Shown here: positions 26,390-40,550 of the stretch, in pieces | Layout: the number at the start of each line of letters is the position of its first letter | Numbering within the stretch: the stretch's first letter is position 1 | NCBI GenBank assembly: GCA_002189035.1 | Contig: CM007989.1 | Location: 496,001-560,000 of the forward strand | Direction: 5' to 3' | DNA: 64,000 nt | Source: Utricularia gibba | Taxonomy: Eukaryota > Plantae > Magnoliophyta | Translations under genes and position numbers: made by a program | Notes under the pieces: model-generated | Told to the model about the DNA's origin: nothing | Seen by the model: the letters and a program-made list of their open reading frames with translations, nothing else | Database searches by the model: none

Positions 26390-29300
26390 TTACTCCAACA
26401 GCACCTCTTTCTTCTCCGTTGGTTCTAATGGCGGTGTAGCAGAAACAGCAGCCTCCTCTTCAGCAGCATCATCTTCACGGCGAGGAGGAACAATGTTCAA
26501 GTCTAGCTGACATTTGCTCGCTTCCTCCACATCGCTTGGGCCTCCACTCAGGACATGATGAGCATTTGCCTGCGGACTAACCTCTGGTTCACGATCCGGA
26601 GGTTGTTGCTGCTGTTGTTTCTTCCGCGACTGCATCGTTTTGAACCGGCGTCTCACTGTATTGCAAACGGTGCATTTGCAGGATGGTTCATGCTTGCCTT
26701 TCCCGCTTGGAGGCTGAATGCAAACGATGCAGCTGCATCCGGGTCGATGGCGAGGATGTCTTGTGGTGGCTCCTGATGAGGTATCCACTGCTTCTCCTAG
26801 CACAGCAGCATTCGCCAGTGCATCTAAGCCTGAAGGCTCTTCTTCTCTTCGCTCTCTTTTATCTGAAAACTTTTGCTTCTTGGGTTCTGAATACAAAAGA
26901 AACAGCGTGATCAGATAAAGCACATCTGGCTTTGGAAGTAATATTCACCAAACTTAACCAGGCTCATACCATTGTAGGAACCGACGGTAGGTTCAGCTTT
27001 TCTTGGGCTAATTTCCTCCGGGCTGAACATGAGCTCCTGAGGAAAATCATCACTCATCAGTAAAAAAAAGTTGCGCTTCTCCGGAAGAACACACACATGA
27101 CAGAATCTTCACTAGTGAATTACAACCTTTTTTTATCCCATATGTTTTCAGAACACGTCCACTTCGCAGAAAGAAGAGCATGAACGGGCAGTCTTCTCCA
27201 TCTCAAGCAACTGTCACACTGAGCCCATTGTTCAGGATCCCTGCGAGATTAAACAGTGGTGCAGAAAGTCAGCATTAAAAATCACAAAAAATCTTCATGT
27301 TCTCCACAAGAGGAGATTCTATGCAAGAATGGTGCAGAAAAAAAAGGTCCATGCAATGGTTGATTCTTACCCACGAGGGCCAGTACTGAAGATGGTTTTC
27401 TTTCCAAGAATAGGAGGCTCCTGTACAAGAATGTACAAAACAGTGAGCTGGAAGAACATCAGAATGTACTATACTACTTAATGATCCCAAGGGTAAACAC
27501 TTTGTGTCTGTGCAACTGCAGTGGCTTAAACAACCAGAGAAGAAAAAGGGTTAATGGAAAGATTACCTCGTACTCTTGAAATTCATGGTTCTCAACCATG
27601 GTAATGGAAGGAATAGATGTTGGAGACGGGCGAAGCAGTCCTTGTGCTTCTTCCCAAGTAATTCTTAGTTCCATAGCAACATCACTGGGCAACAAAGGCC
27701 TCTTCTTCTTGACTTTTTTAGACTTTGCTTTCTCACACGCCATCATATGGTGCTGAAGGGAATCCGCAGATGCTTTATCCCCATTCTTCATTTACAAAAG
27801 TTCAAAAATATACAATGAGAATGGGCTAAAAGAACTAAATTGGAATTAAAGTATAATTTTTAAATCACAAGTCACAACTTACAGAAAGTGGAATTTCAGA
27901 ATCCCAAGAATCGATGTTTCACCAAGAGCACCGGCATTTTGAAGGGAGTTCATCGCGAAATCCTGTGTTTGCAAAGACAATGAATCAGATGACACAAACG
28001 AGAATAACAGTGAAATGCGTTACAAAAAAAAAGGAAAAATGACAAGGCATGCTCTTGAGAGGTTTGACCTTCACTTCAGAATTGTGTGTAGCCTTGCGAC
28101 AACCAATGACCAGTTGACCACCAGGTTCAATGCGACTAAATGTCACTATAAAAGGAAATAAGATGAATAACAAAGGTCGGATTAGTATCCTCCAAATTGG
28201 AAACAAACAATGATTACAGAGCAGCATGCAAGGTTCAACTTGCTCTCACTAAACATGGAAAACCAGTACACGTATGCATATAGAACAGCAGCTCAGAAAA
28301 AGATACAGCTAAAAGAAAATAAGCTTTCCTAGTAATTGAAAATCCCAATCCAATAATGACAAATTAGAGAGACAATACCTGTGTCACCAGCTTGTACTTG
28401 CATATTCTGCATGCAAGGTGTTACACCTTCCAACACATACATCCGACTGTTATTATTAGGCCAAAACCTGAACTGGAATGTCCACTCATTTCCTTTTATA
28501 TCTTGAACTTTTATTGCTGTGCCTTCTGATTGATTTATTGGAGGAAAATATGCCTGCATAAGATACAGCCACAGAAAAGCACAAGCTGGTTACATACTTC
28601 GATAGCCAACTCTTTCTGATATAACTTGAGAAAGTAGAATTGAGAGCTTACTTCCGCACATGCTTTAGGAAGTACCAAACGACCAATTCTACCAGCATCA
28701 CTAGCACTAAGCACCTTTTCAAACAATGGCACTATAGTAGATTTTAAGCTGGAGATTAACAATCAAGGAATTCTAATAATCCAAACGGAAGCCAAAAGTA
28801 TTCTAGTTAAAACACCAAAGGAAAAAAAAAAAAAGAAACAGATGCTTATTATGGATACTCTCCAGATAATTGCTGAAGTTCTTGGTCTGTGATCCTTGGC
28901 CAGTATCGGGGGAGCAAATGGTTACGATACTGACCTTCAGCTGGTGGCCTTGGTGCACGCTTTTGAGATCTGACCAACTTACTTGTCTCTACACCTGGCT
29001 TCTGGCTCGGTTTAAGGGGTTTTGAAGGTTTATGAGGTGCTTTTTGCCCCCATTGGAAAGAGCCCTTTTCTAGATTACTTCCTTCAATTATTCCACTAAA
29101 CAAGTGTGTAACAGGGCTAGGGCATCCAAAAGGGGCCATAAGTGGAAAATTTTGAGATGGTTGTGCAGTAGAGTCAAACGATTCCCCAACCCCTTCTTTC
29201 TTTGTACTATTGTCTGGTTCTAATAAACCGGCTGATGAACCTTGCACAATACTTGGAATAACACTGTTGTTTTCCTTGTTATTGAGTATGGAATCTTCTT

Positions 29301-30549
29301 TCTGAATTTCATCAAGACCAGAATTCATATCGAAGGAACCTATAGCCCTAGTTAACTGCAATAATCTCTCTGCAAATTTTTCATCATCAGCCCCACCACC
29401 TACAGCCGTGCAATCTCCGACTCCATTAGAGGGAATGGAACAGTTAAAAATTTGACCAGGCATCTGCAATGGTTATTCAAGTGCCGATAGTGACAGAAGG
29501 AATGAGACATGAACAGAATAAAGGCCTAAGGGCATGGATAGATTTAATCAAGGAAATGGTTAGATTGTAAATAGCATAACTAATATTGAAATGAAAAGTA
29601 CGTGCTACAGGATTCCAAGATTAATAACCTGATTTGATTGCAATGTTTGAATCTGTGAACTCTTTGCACAGTTTATACAACGAACACCTCCAAAATCCAT
29701 GTATTCATGCATATACTTTGACACAATGCATCCGCAATGTATCATCTGTCTTTAAGAAACTACAACAATTAGAAATCTAGAATAAATCATCAACTAGAAC
29801 AATCGATACTAATTTGCCATTACCTTTCCACATATTCGACATTTTCTCCAACCAGATTCCTCCAGGTGAAACGTCTCACAAAACAATGAATTCTCGTAGA
29901 GGGACCTGAAAAACGAGGCAGACCCATGTCAAACCACAACCAAAAATAAAAACAGATCAGAAAGCTCAAAAGTTAACTAAATAGAAACTTGAATCCCTAA
30001 ACGCAGACCATGAGGTCCAAGACATTGTAACGCTAAAGAAGCAACCCAGTCAATGAAAACAGTGAGTCTCAAACCAAAAATAAGAACCACAGAAAGAAAT
30101 AGTCCCTCAGTTCAGATAATGAAGGTTTATTGTACTCAAAGATCCCCTGTTTCAAGGATTGCTCTCCAGTCTATTTCACATGCATAAGAATCAAAGTTGA
30201 ATTAATCATGATTTCTATAAAGGCAACTAATAGAATTCATGGATAGAATTATGAGAGTCTGATCATTCAAAAAAATACAGAATTAGCACGATTACGAGGA
30301 GTAAAATCTCAACAATAGTAACGTGAATCATCAAATGCGTGATAAACAATGAATAGTCGGGCAAAAAGGGAGAAACAGACGTACACGAAGCAAATGGAGA
30401 AGCAAACTTAAAGTACACGAGTTAAAGTGGAGATACCCGCAGCTGAAACAAAGTCTAGCAAGCCCACCAGATTTCAAGCTCCACCCTTTCTTCCACTCAG
30501 ACGACGTTGTGACACGACAAACAACATTCATACAGCTATTTGAGCCCAT
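26390..30549 (-). CDS. VAL1: VAL/HSI2-type B3 transcriptional repressor (PHD-like, B3, CW zinc finger, EAR)
   Basis: PHD-like CMNVVC...WKKGW...LCFSCG...CETFH...[14 protein letters not shown]; B3 [30 protein letters not shown]...[20 protein letters not shown]; [17 protein letters not shown]; [24 protein letters not shown]; [14 protein letters not shown]1 versus VAL2 is inferred from the neighbourhood only. Confidence 0.93.
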
Positions 30550-32889
30550 TTCTCGCAAAATTACACCTCGCACTCACAAGCCCTACCAAATTCGAAACAG
30601 TGAGCAAACATAAAAAATCACAGCCCTAGGAAATCAAGTTGACTCAGTATCAATTTTTTCTTTCTTTGGAAAGAGTGTCAGATCAATAAACGCAGCAAAA
30701 CCCACAAGCGTTCTCCATAAAAAAAAAGAAGAAATCGAAAAACACAACGTCTTCAACCTTTATCCAATGCAACGGTCACATGCGGGCATCATCATTCATC
30801 AATCCACGAAAAAACCCAAGTCCCCAATCGAAGAAAGGAGAGCGTAGAATTACCCAACTCGACGTCAAACTAAAAGCTACAGAATTATTCAAATTAAAAA
30901 GCTGCCCGCATCGATTCGTGGCTCCTGCCGGCGGGAGAGTACTCCTGCCTACCAAACCCACAAGTTAAAACCGATTCAGGAGAAGAAAGGTGAAGGTTGC
31001 GGACATATTTTTGCGTGCAGATACCCCATGAACGTGTACCCCATAAGTGAGTGAGGGGGAGAGAAAGAGAGAGAAACAGAAAGACAAAACAGTTCAAAGA
31101 GAGAAAAAAAAAAGTGCAGATGCATGCAAATCAAAGAGAGAGGAGGTAAGGTAAGAAGGGACACAAAATATGCATGCAGGACACTCGAATGCTTTGTGTG
31201 TGCACTGCTTTCTACTCAACCACATTTGACCCAAAAACGAAAACCTCCACCTCCGATATACCTCCGTCTCCGAAAGCTCCAAAAGGATAAATCTTTTGTT
31301 GGGTTTTGAGCGATTACGCATATTTGTTTGTAAAATAATGTAAATCGGATTCCATAATTGGAGAAAAGAATGTCGCTCACCTCATCTACCTCCACTCCAT
31401 TGTTAGGCAAGGACAGTGATGACGCCCGCCCACTTCTCCAACTCTTCCTACTCACACCAAAAACACAAGATAAAAAGAAAAGGAGTTTATTACCATTTCT
31501 GTAGCCCTATTACACCCAATAAAATCCTCCAATTATCTGAAATTCAATTCGCCTACCTCAACCCTAGTTCCTCCTCCGCCCTCCATATTCCAAACACAAT
31601 GACAGAGACCCGGAAACACCTCTTTTTGAATTCGACTCGGTGCCCATTCTCCCGCCCAGTCAAACCCCACTCAACTGGTCTCAAATGGAGGATGACGACG
31701 ACGACGACCTCCGTTTCGAAAGCATACAGCAGACTCACAGGCTATTACAATGCAGTGAGAGTATCATACGGGCTTCGCCGGACACAACAACCAGCCACGC
31801 CGAGGAAGATTCCTCTCTACTGGCACCTTCAACGTTGACCCTAAATAAAGTAAAAACTTAAAAAGAAGATTACGCAGAGCGAGAAAAATAATTGGGACGT
31901 GGAGCAGCTATTTGTCGTGTCTTGGTAACCAATCTCAGGCACATAATTAAATCAATTTGGTCCCCACCTGCGAGGGTTTAGCAGTTCTAAAGTCGTGTTT
32001 GATTTTGTTATCTAAAAACATTTCTGAAAAATCATTTTCAATAAAAAAAATTGGCTATACATCACTTTTTTAAGGCAATAAATCAAACATCATTTTGATA
32101 TATAATATTGAAAATAATGTGATATTTTAAATTTTTATTTGAATTTTTTATTTTAATGGTATTTAAAAATCATATTTTTCTCTGAAATAAAAGAATTTAA
32201 AATTTAAAATAATGTTAAAGTTATTGAATTCTTCATTTTCATCATAAAATTACCTTTTTACACACATATTCATACATCAATTTGAAGATAGAATGAATCG
32301 CGTTTTATAATGAATCAATCAAAAAACTTGATATAAATTCAGCATATTCATCATCTTAATTCAGATAAAGATAATTATGGATCAAATATACATCAATCTC
32401 ATCCATTTCTTTCACATACAATCAAACATAATGATACAAAAATTCCAATTAAATCATATTTCATATCACCCTCAAATTTCAATTAAAATAAATCTCATCA
32501 TTTATAATAATAAATCCAAATTTCTGTTGTTTTGAATTATAAATAATTCGTATTGGATAATAAAATTATTTGTAAAATATGTTTTTAGAAATAACAGAAT
32601 CTAAGTATTGACAAGATAATTTTGAAAAAAAAAATTGAAATTTTAATATAATTAACATCAATTTTAACACACACAACAAGAAAAAAAATTATAAAATGAG
32701 ACTAACCTAACCTAAACTCCTACATTTGCCTGTTTTTATATAATATTGAATTTTTAAAAATGATTAGACTGTAAATTTAATGGCTGAATGGTTTTCATAT
32801 TTCCACATCATTAAGGTAAATTGCGTGCCCTTAAGAAGTTGCATCGCTACCTCAAACGCACAGAAGTCAAGAGGGGTTGTTAAAAGGTA

Positions 32890-35800
32890 CCTTGGCCAAT
32901 GCTCCAACGTGGCAGAGATTTATTCCCCGTGATCCAAACCTACACCAAGAGCACAAAAGAGAGAAAAAAAGAATGCACATAAAGGCAACTACATGACATC
33001 CAAGGGCAAAGAACACATTGGTGGTTATGCGTGACAGGAGTGGGAGAAATGATTCCCACGTGAAGCAAGACCTCAGAGTGTTGCAATCATTCAGTGTGTG
33101 GTGATGTAAAGGGAAACACTCCGGGGACCCGCAGGGCATGCATGCGGTTCCCAAGTGATCATCAATGCTCCATCAGTAACATAAAGCAAGCGTAAGACAC
33201 TAGGGAAAGTATTGGAAGTAAAGCAACTACATACCTCAGAAGTTATAGAGGCTAAACTGGGGAGTGTCCGGTATCTGGAGAAGTGTTCCGATAACGTCAT
33301 TCCATTTTCATAGCTAGGAATTATAGGTGGGAGGATAGGTCGAGTACCGTGTCGTTCACTGGTCTTTTTTTCTCTTTTGGGTTGTGTTGGGAGGCATCAC
33401 TGCATTCCAAAGAGGAATTGGTTAAGTTTAAACACCAACTGTAGAAGAAAGATACCAGGGGAAGTGAAATAACAACCTGCAGTGTAAGAGCAAGATTCTT
33501 CGCTGCGGAGAGAATGATGAAAAGGAAATCAAAATAATTCAAAAAAGGAGGAGAAAGTGACGTTGTTACAGACCTCGGCAGGCTCACGTCATCTTCCTGC
33601 ACATTGTTGCCCGGTTCAAAAGAGAAATTTCTGGTGGATATAAGAATGGGATATCAGTAGATTCAGCCAGTGTAATGGGAGAAGTTGTGCAAGTTCATTC
33701 AACCTGACGTCTGGAAATTCGTCCATGTGTTCTTCAAGAAGAAAAGGCACCGCTGATCGAATTAAAAAACGGATAGACTAAGCACAAAGAAAGCTAAAAG
33801 AAAAATAACTGTAGGATAAGGATAAGCGTGCTTTCTTCTTGATATTCTGAATAGTTCAAGAAAATCAAGTAGAACGTAAATTAACAAAGATATAATGTAT
33901 CACCTGGATCAAGCTTTCGAGTCCTTCTAATGTGAGCACTAGAATACACAGGGAACACATGAAGTCATGGAGATCTCAGTTGATGATAAGAAGAAATCAT
34001 GTTAAATAGGTAACCTTCCAGTGTACTCATTGAAAATAAAATCCATCTTCGAGAAGTCCTTGGCATAAAATTTATGATCTATATCTTTATAATCCAAAAA
34101 GTTCCCGAAGGATGATTCATGCTGGACGTTAAAAATGTCATCTGGAGAGTGGGGGTCTACCATACAGAAAAAAAACAGCAGTTATTAGGTACGATTCAAT
34201 AAAGTTGAAAAACCAAGGGATGGGAAAGAACTAAACGGAAGACATGAACGGCTAAACATGTTGCAGTATACTAACTTTGAAAGAAACAAACCGTTCCATA
34301 TGTCTCTGCTACTTTTGCAAATATCATGGAAATCTTCATAATCAGCAAAGATATCATCTGTTTTCTCATCAATCCGGTTGAATGAACTCCAATTTTGGGC
34401 CTTAATGTGCTTTCGCTTTGCATGATCTATGACATTAATTGTGCTCCTAGTGCGGAAAGGCTCCTTTCTTGAGCTTGAGCATGCTGAAAAATCAAACTCC
34501 TGAATCACAGGATCATAGAAGTGTCTTCCATGATTATGGTATCAGCGAATGTATCAACATATGGACCGATTAATACAGATTATGTGGGCTAACCAATCCT
34601 TCAAAGTTATCGTAGCCATACTTCTGCTGTCTCTCTACTTTTTCAGGTGGATTCGGATACCTTGAAATGGATGTGCAGGAATATACGGGATATGCACCAA
34701 TGCATAATATAAAAAATTTGTGCTACATGACTCACCTTCCAGGTGTTTTTGGAGAATGAACAGGACTCACCATCTCTGATCTACCCAAACCTGAAATGGA
34801 TGACCAATCGGTCAGAAGACTGTTCTCTGATTCTTAAAAGCTTCATATAGAAACCTTGACTGCGAAGAAGCAAAGCTTTTAAAAAGCCTTGTAATTGCAC
34901 CGGGAGCCATTTAAGATAAATGCTCGGATGATAAAACATAAAATCAGAAAAGACCTTCAAGTGAAAATGAAAGATGAGTTTCCTGCGTATGCACTGAACT
35001 CTCTCTTGGAAAAATGTGTGTTTCATTACTGACCAAGTCAAACAATGATATCTCTGCAGAACGTGAGCAGATATTCTTGGTAAGAATACCATTACATTTC
35101 AATTTTCAAGAACCAAAATCAAATTAATACTCCCCGTGATGGGTGGACAATTTTAAAGTATCAGGTTTTTCTTGTTCATTCCCAGGAAAACTTTCATGAT
35201 GACTTGGCAAATGAACAGACACCCTGAAAAATTGAAGTAAGTAAATTCCACAAAAATGGACAAGCCTCATTGAATAGCATTACAATCTGTACTCAAGGTT
35301 ATGCCAAAATTCTGAAATTTTGTAAGTTCCTTCGCTTAAGTAGTTCCGTTTCTATACAATTAAAAATCAAATCACTGGTTCCCAAAATTCTGTATGCTTA
35401 CTGTTTTGAGTTCTCAGCCGCTATGACATCAGAAAATGAAGTTCCTGAAATGAAACAGATAGAGAGAGAACAAAGGAAATATCTGACTCCAATGGTACTT
35501 TAGATCAAGGTAATCATCGTATCAGAGAAAAAATGCTGATTGTAAGGCATGCCTTCTTCATTCATTTCAGACTCTACACTAAGACTGCGCTCAATAATAG
35601 CATCATTGCATGACTGTGCTGCGTAATGATGATTTGAAGGGTGCTCTTCGTCCTCCAAGCAAACTACACCTAGTGAAAGATAAATGATCCATATGAAATA
35701 TATAACGAAGTCTGGAAGAAAGGACGATGATCACTGAGCAAAAAGGCACTTAATTTGAAAGTAGAGATTTTAATTGCAATTTCCATATGCATAGTAAGTA

Positions 35801-36304
35801 TTTAAGAATGAAAGAACAGACTACCACATGGAATAACTGCCGTTTGTCCTTGAGCTAAACTTGTTACATTTTCCAAACTAAGAATATCCAAAGAGCTGTT
35901 ACTTTCCCAACCGCGGGAGTTCTCTAGGCGGTCATTGTTCTGTTGTAAGAGCCGCTTCCTTTGCTCAAAATATTGCTTTTGTCTGTAGCCATTTAGACAT
36001 TTTAAAGTTTCACTGTACCTCAGATCCAAGTAATAGGCGTGAACTACTAAAGGATAGAGTTGAACGTGCATAACCTTTGGTGGGTTGACTTTCTTGACTT
36101 CCGTTTTCCCATCCGAGTACAAGATAAAATTCCATGAACCCATAGAAAAAATATTTGTTGTCAGAACAAAAAAGAATGCGGAATGAAATAACGGACCCGG
36201 AGAGAAGAAATCTCCCAAATCAAACTAATTAAGAAGAGAAAAAATTAATGAATCAGACTTACAGCGGTAACTTTCCGCCTAGATCCACCCACCCATTGCA
36301 GCAT
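32890..36304 (-). CDS. HEIP1: HEIP1-like meiotic crossover protein (C12orf40/REDIC1 family N-terminal motif); 3' end unresolved
   Basis: Exon 1 MLQWVGGSRRKVTA (ATG 36304, GT donor ~36262), with RQKQYFEQRKR in the next exon. This is the family's conserved N-terminal motif as I recall it. The rest is poorly conserved S/D-rich sequence in multiple exons, so the end coordinate is approximate. Confidence 0.75.
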
Positions 36305-36809
36305 TCTGCAAATTGACGAATTAAGTTTCTCCAACCCTAACCTTAAATTCCATATTCAACATTATAATTACAGGTAACCAATCAGCAGCATAACCATCAG
36401 AAGCAAGACAGCTAAAAAAGTGAATGATGATGAAGCAACATTCAAAATTAATGAGCATGAAAATGACACAGACGTTGCTACTTTAGAGCAACACAATGCA
36501 AATCCACAGCTTATGGATCATCCGAAACTGTTATCCCCTGGTAAACCAAAAACACACGAGGATCGTTAATCTTTAAATGCTACCGGAATCAGAAAAGAAA
36601 CTTCCGAAAACTGCCGATGGATTATGACAAGATAAGCCGATGTGCTGCGATGGCGGGAAACAGGCAGTGACTTCTGGCGCTCGCAAATGCCCAAGTAGCT
36701 GGAGAGCGAAAAGAGTGCATTTGAACTTATGATCATTATATACAATGGGCTCATAGTTTCAGAGCTCGAATCCAACTTGATCCAAATATGTACATGAGCC
36801 TCCTTTCTC

Positions 36810-36900
36810 AATCAGTGGTTAGGCCCATCAGTGATTCACTAAAAATATGTAGATGGGCCTCATTAGTCAATCAGTGATTCACTAATGGGCCCGTGGGCTT
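36810..36900. promoter_or_regulatory. Promoter with site II (TGGGCY/GGCCCA) motifs and a duplicated 16-bp element ATCAGTGATTCACTAA
   Basis: Identical copies at 36827-36842 and 36870-36885, interleaved with AGGCCCA, TGGGCC, TGGGCCC and TGGGCT. Confidence 0.6.
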
Positions 36901-37816
36901 GGACAGCGCAAGCCAAGGCCTGAACATTTATAAAATAAAAAAAAGTTTTTCGAATTTATACTTTTTTATTTAACTAATTTAGTAAATGTTTAATTAATGG
37001 AAATGTAACAGAAATGATTTAATTAATTAAGTTTAAATAAATATGATATAGAGAAATTATTTTGAAAATATTTAATTAATGAAATTAAAATTGAAATTAA
37101 GTGGTATTAAAATAAAACATTTTATAATAATAATATTTTTAAACTCATATATACTGCCAGTTTCACTCTGTAGATTCCCATGGCGGACGACGGAAAGCGA
37201 TTCACCTTCGGCACTGCTCTCCCATCAAAGCAATGAATGTTTTTTGGCATCTCATTCCCTAGAAATCGTTATCTTGGTTGTCGCTATGGTTCATTGATTG
37301 TGTTGTTGACAAGAGTTGCCTGAGGGCTGCCCTGTATGCGGATGGCGTTTCAATTTTTGGTCGCTTATGGGCTCTTGGCCTCTGGGAAGTTCAGTATGTG
37401 CTCTCCTTCCGTAAGCAACCATTCTATAATAGTCATTTATGTGTATTGTAATGTGTGTATTTGAAGGGGCAACGCATATCTGTCTCATAATCTTGTATAA
37501 TAGAGCACAGCATGTCCTTAGCTCCGAAAACCTTGTTGATGACTGAAGAAAAATTGTACTGTGGATTCAGAGATTAGTGATAACTGGTGTGAATGTGAAC
37601 TATTCACATGTAGTGAATAGCTGGGCTGCATCTCTAAGGATGTTGTAAGTTGCTTTACTTATCTTCGTCATCTTCTGCAAATATTTTAGTGGATTGCTGT
37701 GTTTCTCTGTTGTACTATAGGGAATTTTATAACACATATATGGAATAGATTGATGCTAACATGCTTACATTTTGTGAAGTATGCAATCTATGTAGGAATA
37801 TGTGCTTGGCCTGTTC

Positions 37817-38628
37817 TCAAACTGTCCCTTTATAATAACCACCACAAATGATCCGGGCTCTGGTAACCCGCGCTCCCCTACTAGCTGCCATAATTGTGCT
37901 TGCTTGATGAACTCTCCGATTCTTGGCCTACAAAACCAGTCCATCATTATCATCAATAAATAGAAAGTAGCCTTGATCATATCAGTGGCGCTAATGAAAT
38001 TCAATTTTTTGAATTTGTGCAGTGTGGTGTGTGATATACACAGTCTGATCTAATGTAAAGCAACCTGGGGATGGGAGTGGATGGGAAAGTGAGGCTTTTG
38101 ATTCTGGGGATGATCCCTGTTATTGCTGTTGTTGGTGAAGATGAGGATGCAGAGAGCTGCGGCAGCCACTCCAAGAGAAGAGATGGCAGAAACACTCCAC
38201 TTCCATATGTTGAAATCACCTCCTCCTCCACGGCTGCTCTGAGTATCATAATCATCATGACCCATGATGTCCAAATGAAACGGTGACTCGAATTCAATCA
38301 GCGGAGGCAGTATCCCCCTGGATTTGGGTGACTCCACCTTGATCACCATCTCCTCCTTTTGCTGATTGGTGAAGAATACTTGTGAAACAGGGTCATCCTC
38401 TTCCTTAGCTTGTCCAATAGAATCGGCACAAGGGGGAGGCAGGGGCGGGGGTATAATAGTATCGACGAATTGTGGGCAGATAAAGTGATCTGCTTGGGAG
38501 TTCAAGATCGTGGAGGAATAGATCATCATCTTGATGTTCACCCCTTCCTCCTCCTCATCACCACCCTTGATCTGCTCATCTGGGAGAAGCTCCCAGTCAT
38601 CCAGATCAAGAAGGTCGCTCTGATTCAT
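37817..38628 (-). CDS. Plant single-pass membrane protein, DUF6821/ATI-like family, 2 exons, 224 aa
   Basis: N-terminal DDWELL (W-x-x-L, ATG8-interacting-motif-like), hydrophobic IWKWSVSAISSLGVAAAALCILIF, C-terminal RVTRARIICGGYYKGTV. Exons 38628-38065 and 37927-37817 join in phase 0. Confidence 0.65.
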
Positions 38629-39399
38629 CTCGATCTGTTGAGAGAGAGCAGCGCTAGTGGATGAAAGAAAGCAACAAAGAGAAGAGAAAAGAAGATTCAT
38701 TCACCCAGAGGAGGAGGACCCGCCGGTAGCGTGGACCGGACCGCGAGAATAAAGATATTTGTTGTGGTGTGGAGGTGAAAGCAAGAAAAGAAAAGAAGAG
38801 TGTGTAGTTGGGACGGGACCCTACCTCCATGGGGGTCTCTTCTTATCTCTTCCAAGTGCTCCCACAACTTGACAATTGTCCGCAGCCGCCGATCACTCGG
38901 GATGAACATGAAAACCACAGTATACAGATATTCATAGAATGTTTTGGCTTCTCTGTGGCGTTTATGTCTACTCTAAAATTGCCAAGTTTTAAGTGTTTTG
39001 GGAAACCTGCAACACGTAGGCAATGATGAAGTTGCCCTTGCATTTGGTCAACCCTCAAGTTGTCTGAGCATTAACAAAGCTACCAGTAAGTGCGTTACCA
39101 CTCTACAGACAACCAGCCTTTGACTCTGAATGCCCCGGAACACAGAGGCTGCCAGTCAGTAAAAAATGGGGGTGCGTGAATCAAAACTGTATTTTTAATG
39201 GAGGCCCAAGTTTAAGATGGATTGAGCAAGAATGATGAAGACAAAGGGAACTCCAAGGATGAGAACGATGACAATGGGGGAGAATTGCGTATCACAGCTG
39301 ACTTATTTTCACCCAAGCATTACAATGAAAATAGCTAGTTGCTCTAGTTTTCTTCTCCAGAAATGCTGGGCTTCTCCTTTGACGTGATACAGCGTGTCA

Positions 39400-40550
<1,151 letters not shown>

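Noticed and set aside
31685-31861. 58-aa + strand ORF MEDDDDDDLRFESIQQ...
   Set aside because: Driven by a GAC microsatellite and antisense to the probable VAL leader; no family similarity.
31990-32430. GTGTTTGATT...AATCAAACAT inverted ends around AT-rich DNA (Tourist-like MITE)
   Set aside because: Only ~9-10 bp of complementarity in very AT-rich DNA and no verifiable target-site duplication; needs a copy-number search.
36420-36530. ATGATGA box C-like motif (C/D snoRNA)
   Set aside because: No properly placed CTGA box D or terminal stem, and it is on the strand opposite the host transcript. The same applies to the motif at ~59473.
37817-37927. Apparent frameshift in the last exon of the DUF6821-type gene
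   Set aside because: Using the acceptor before 37927 gives an in-phase exon; the ORF-track translation was simply the wrong frame.
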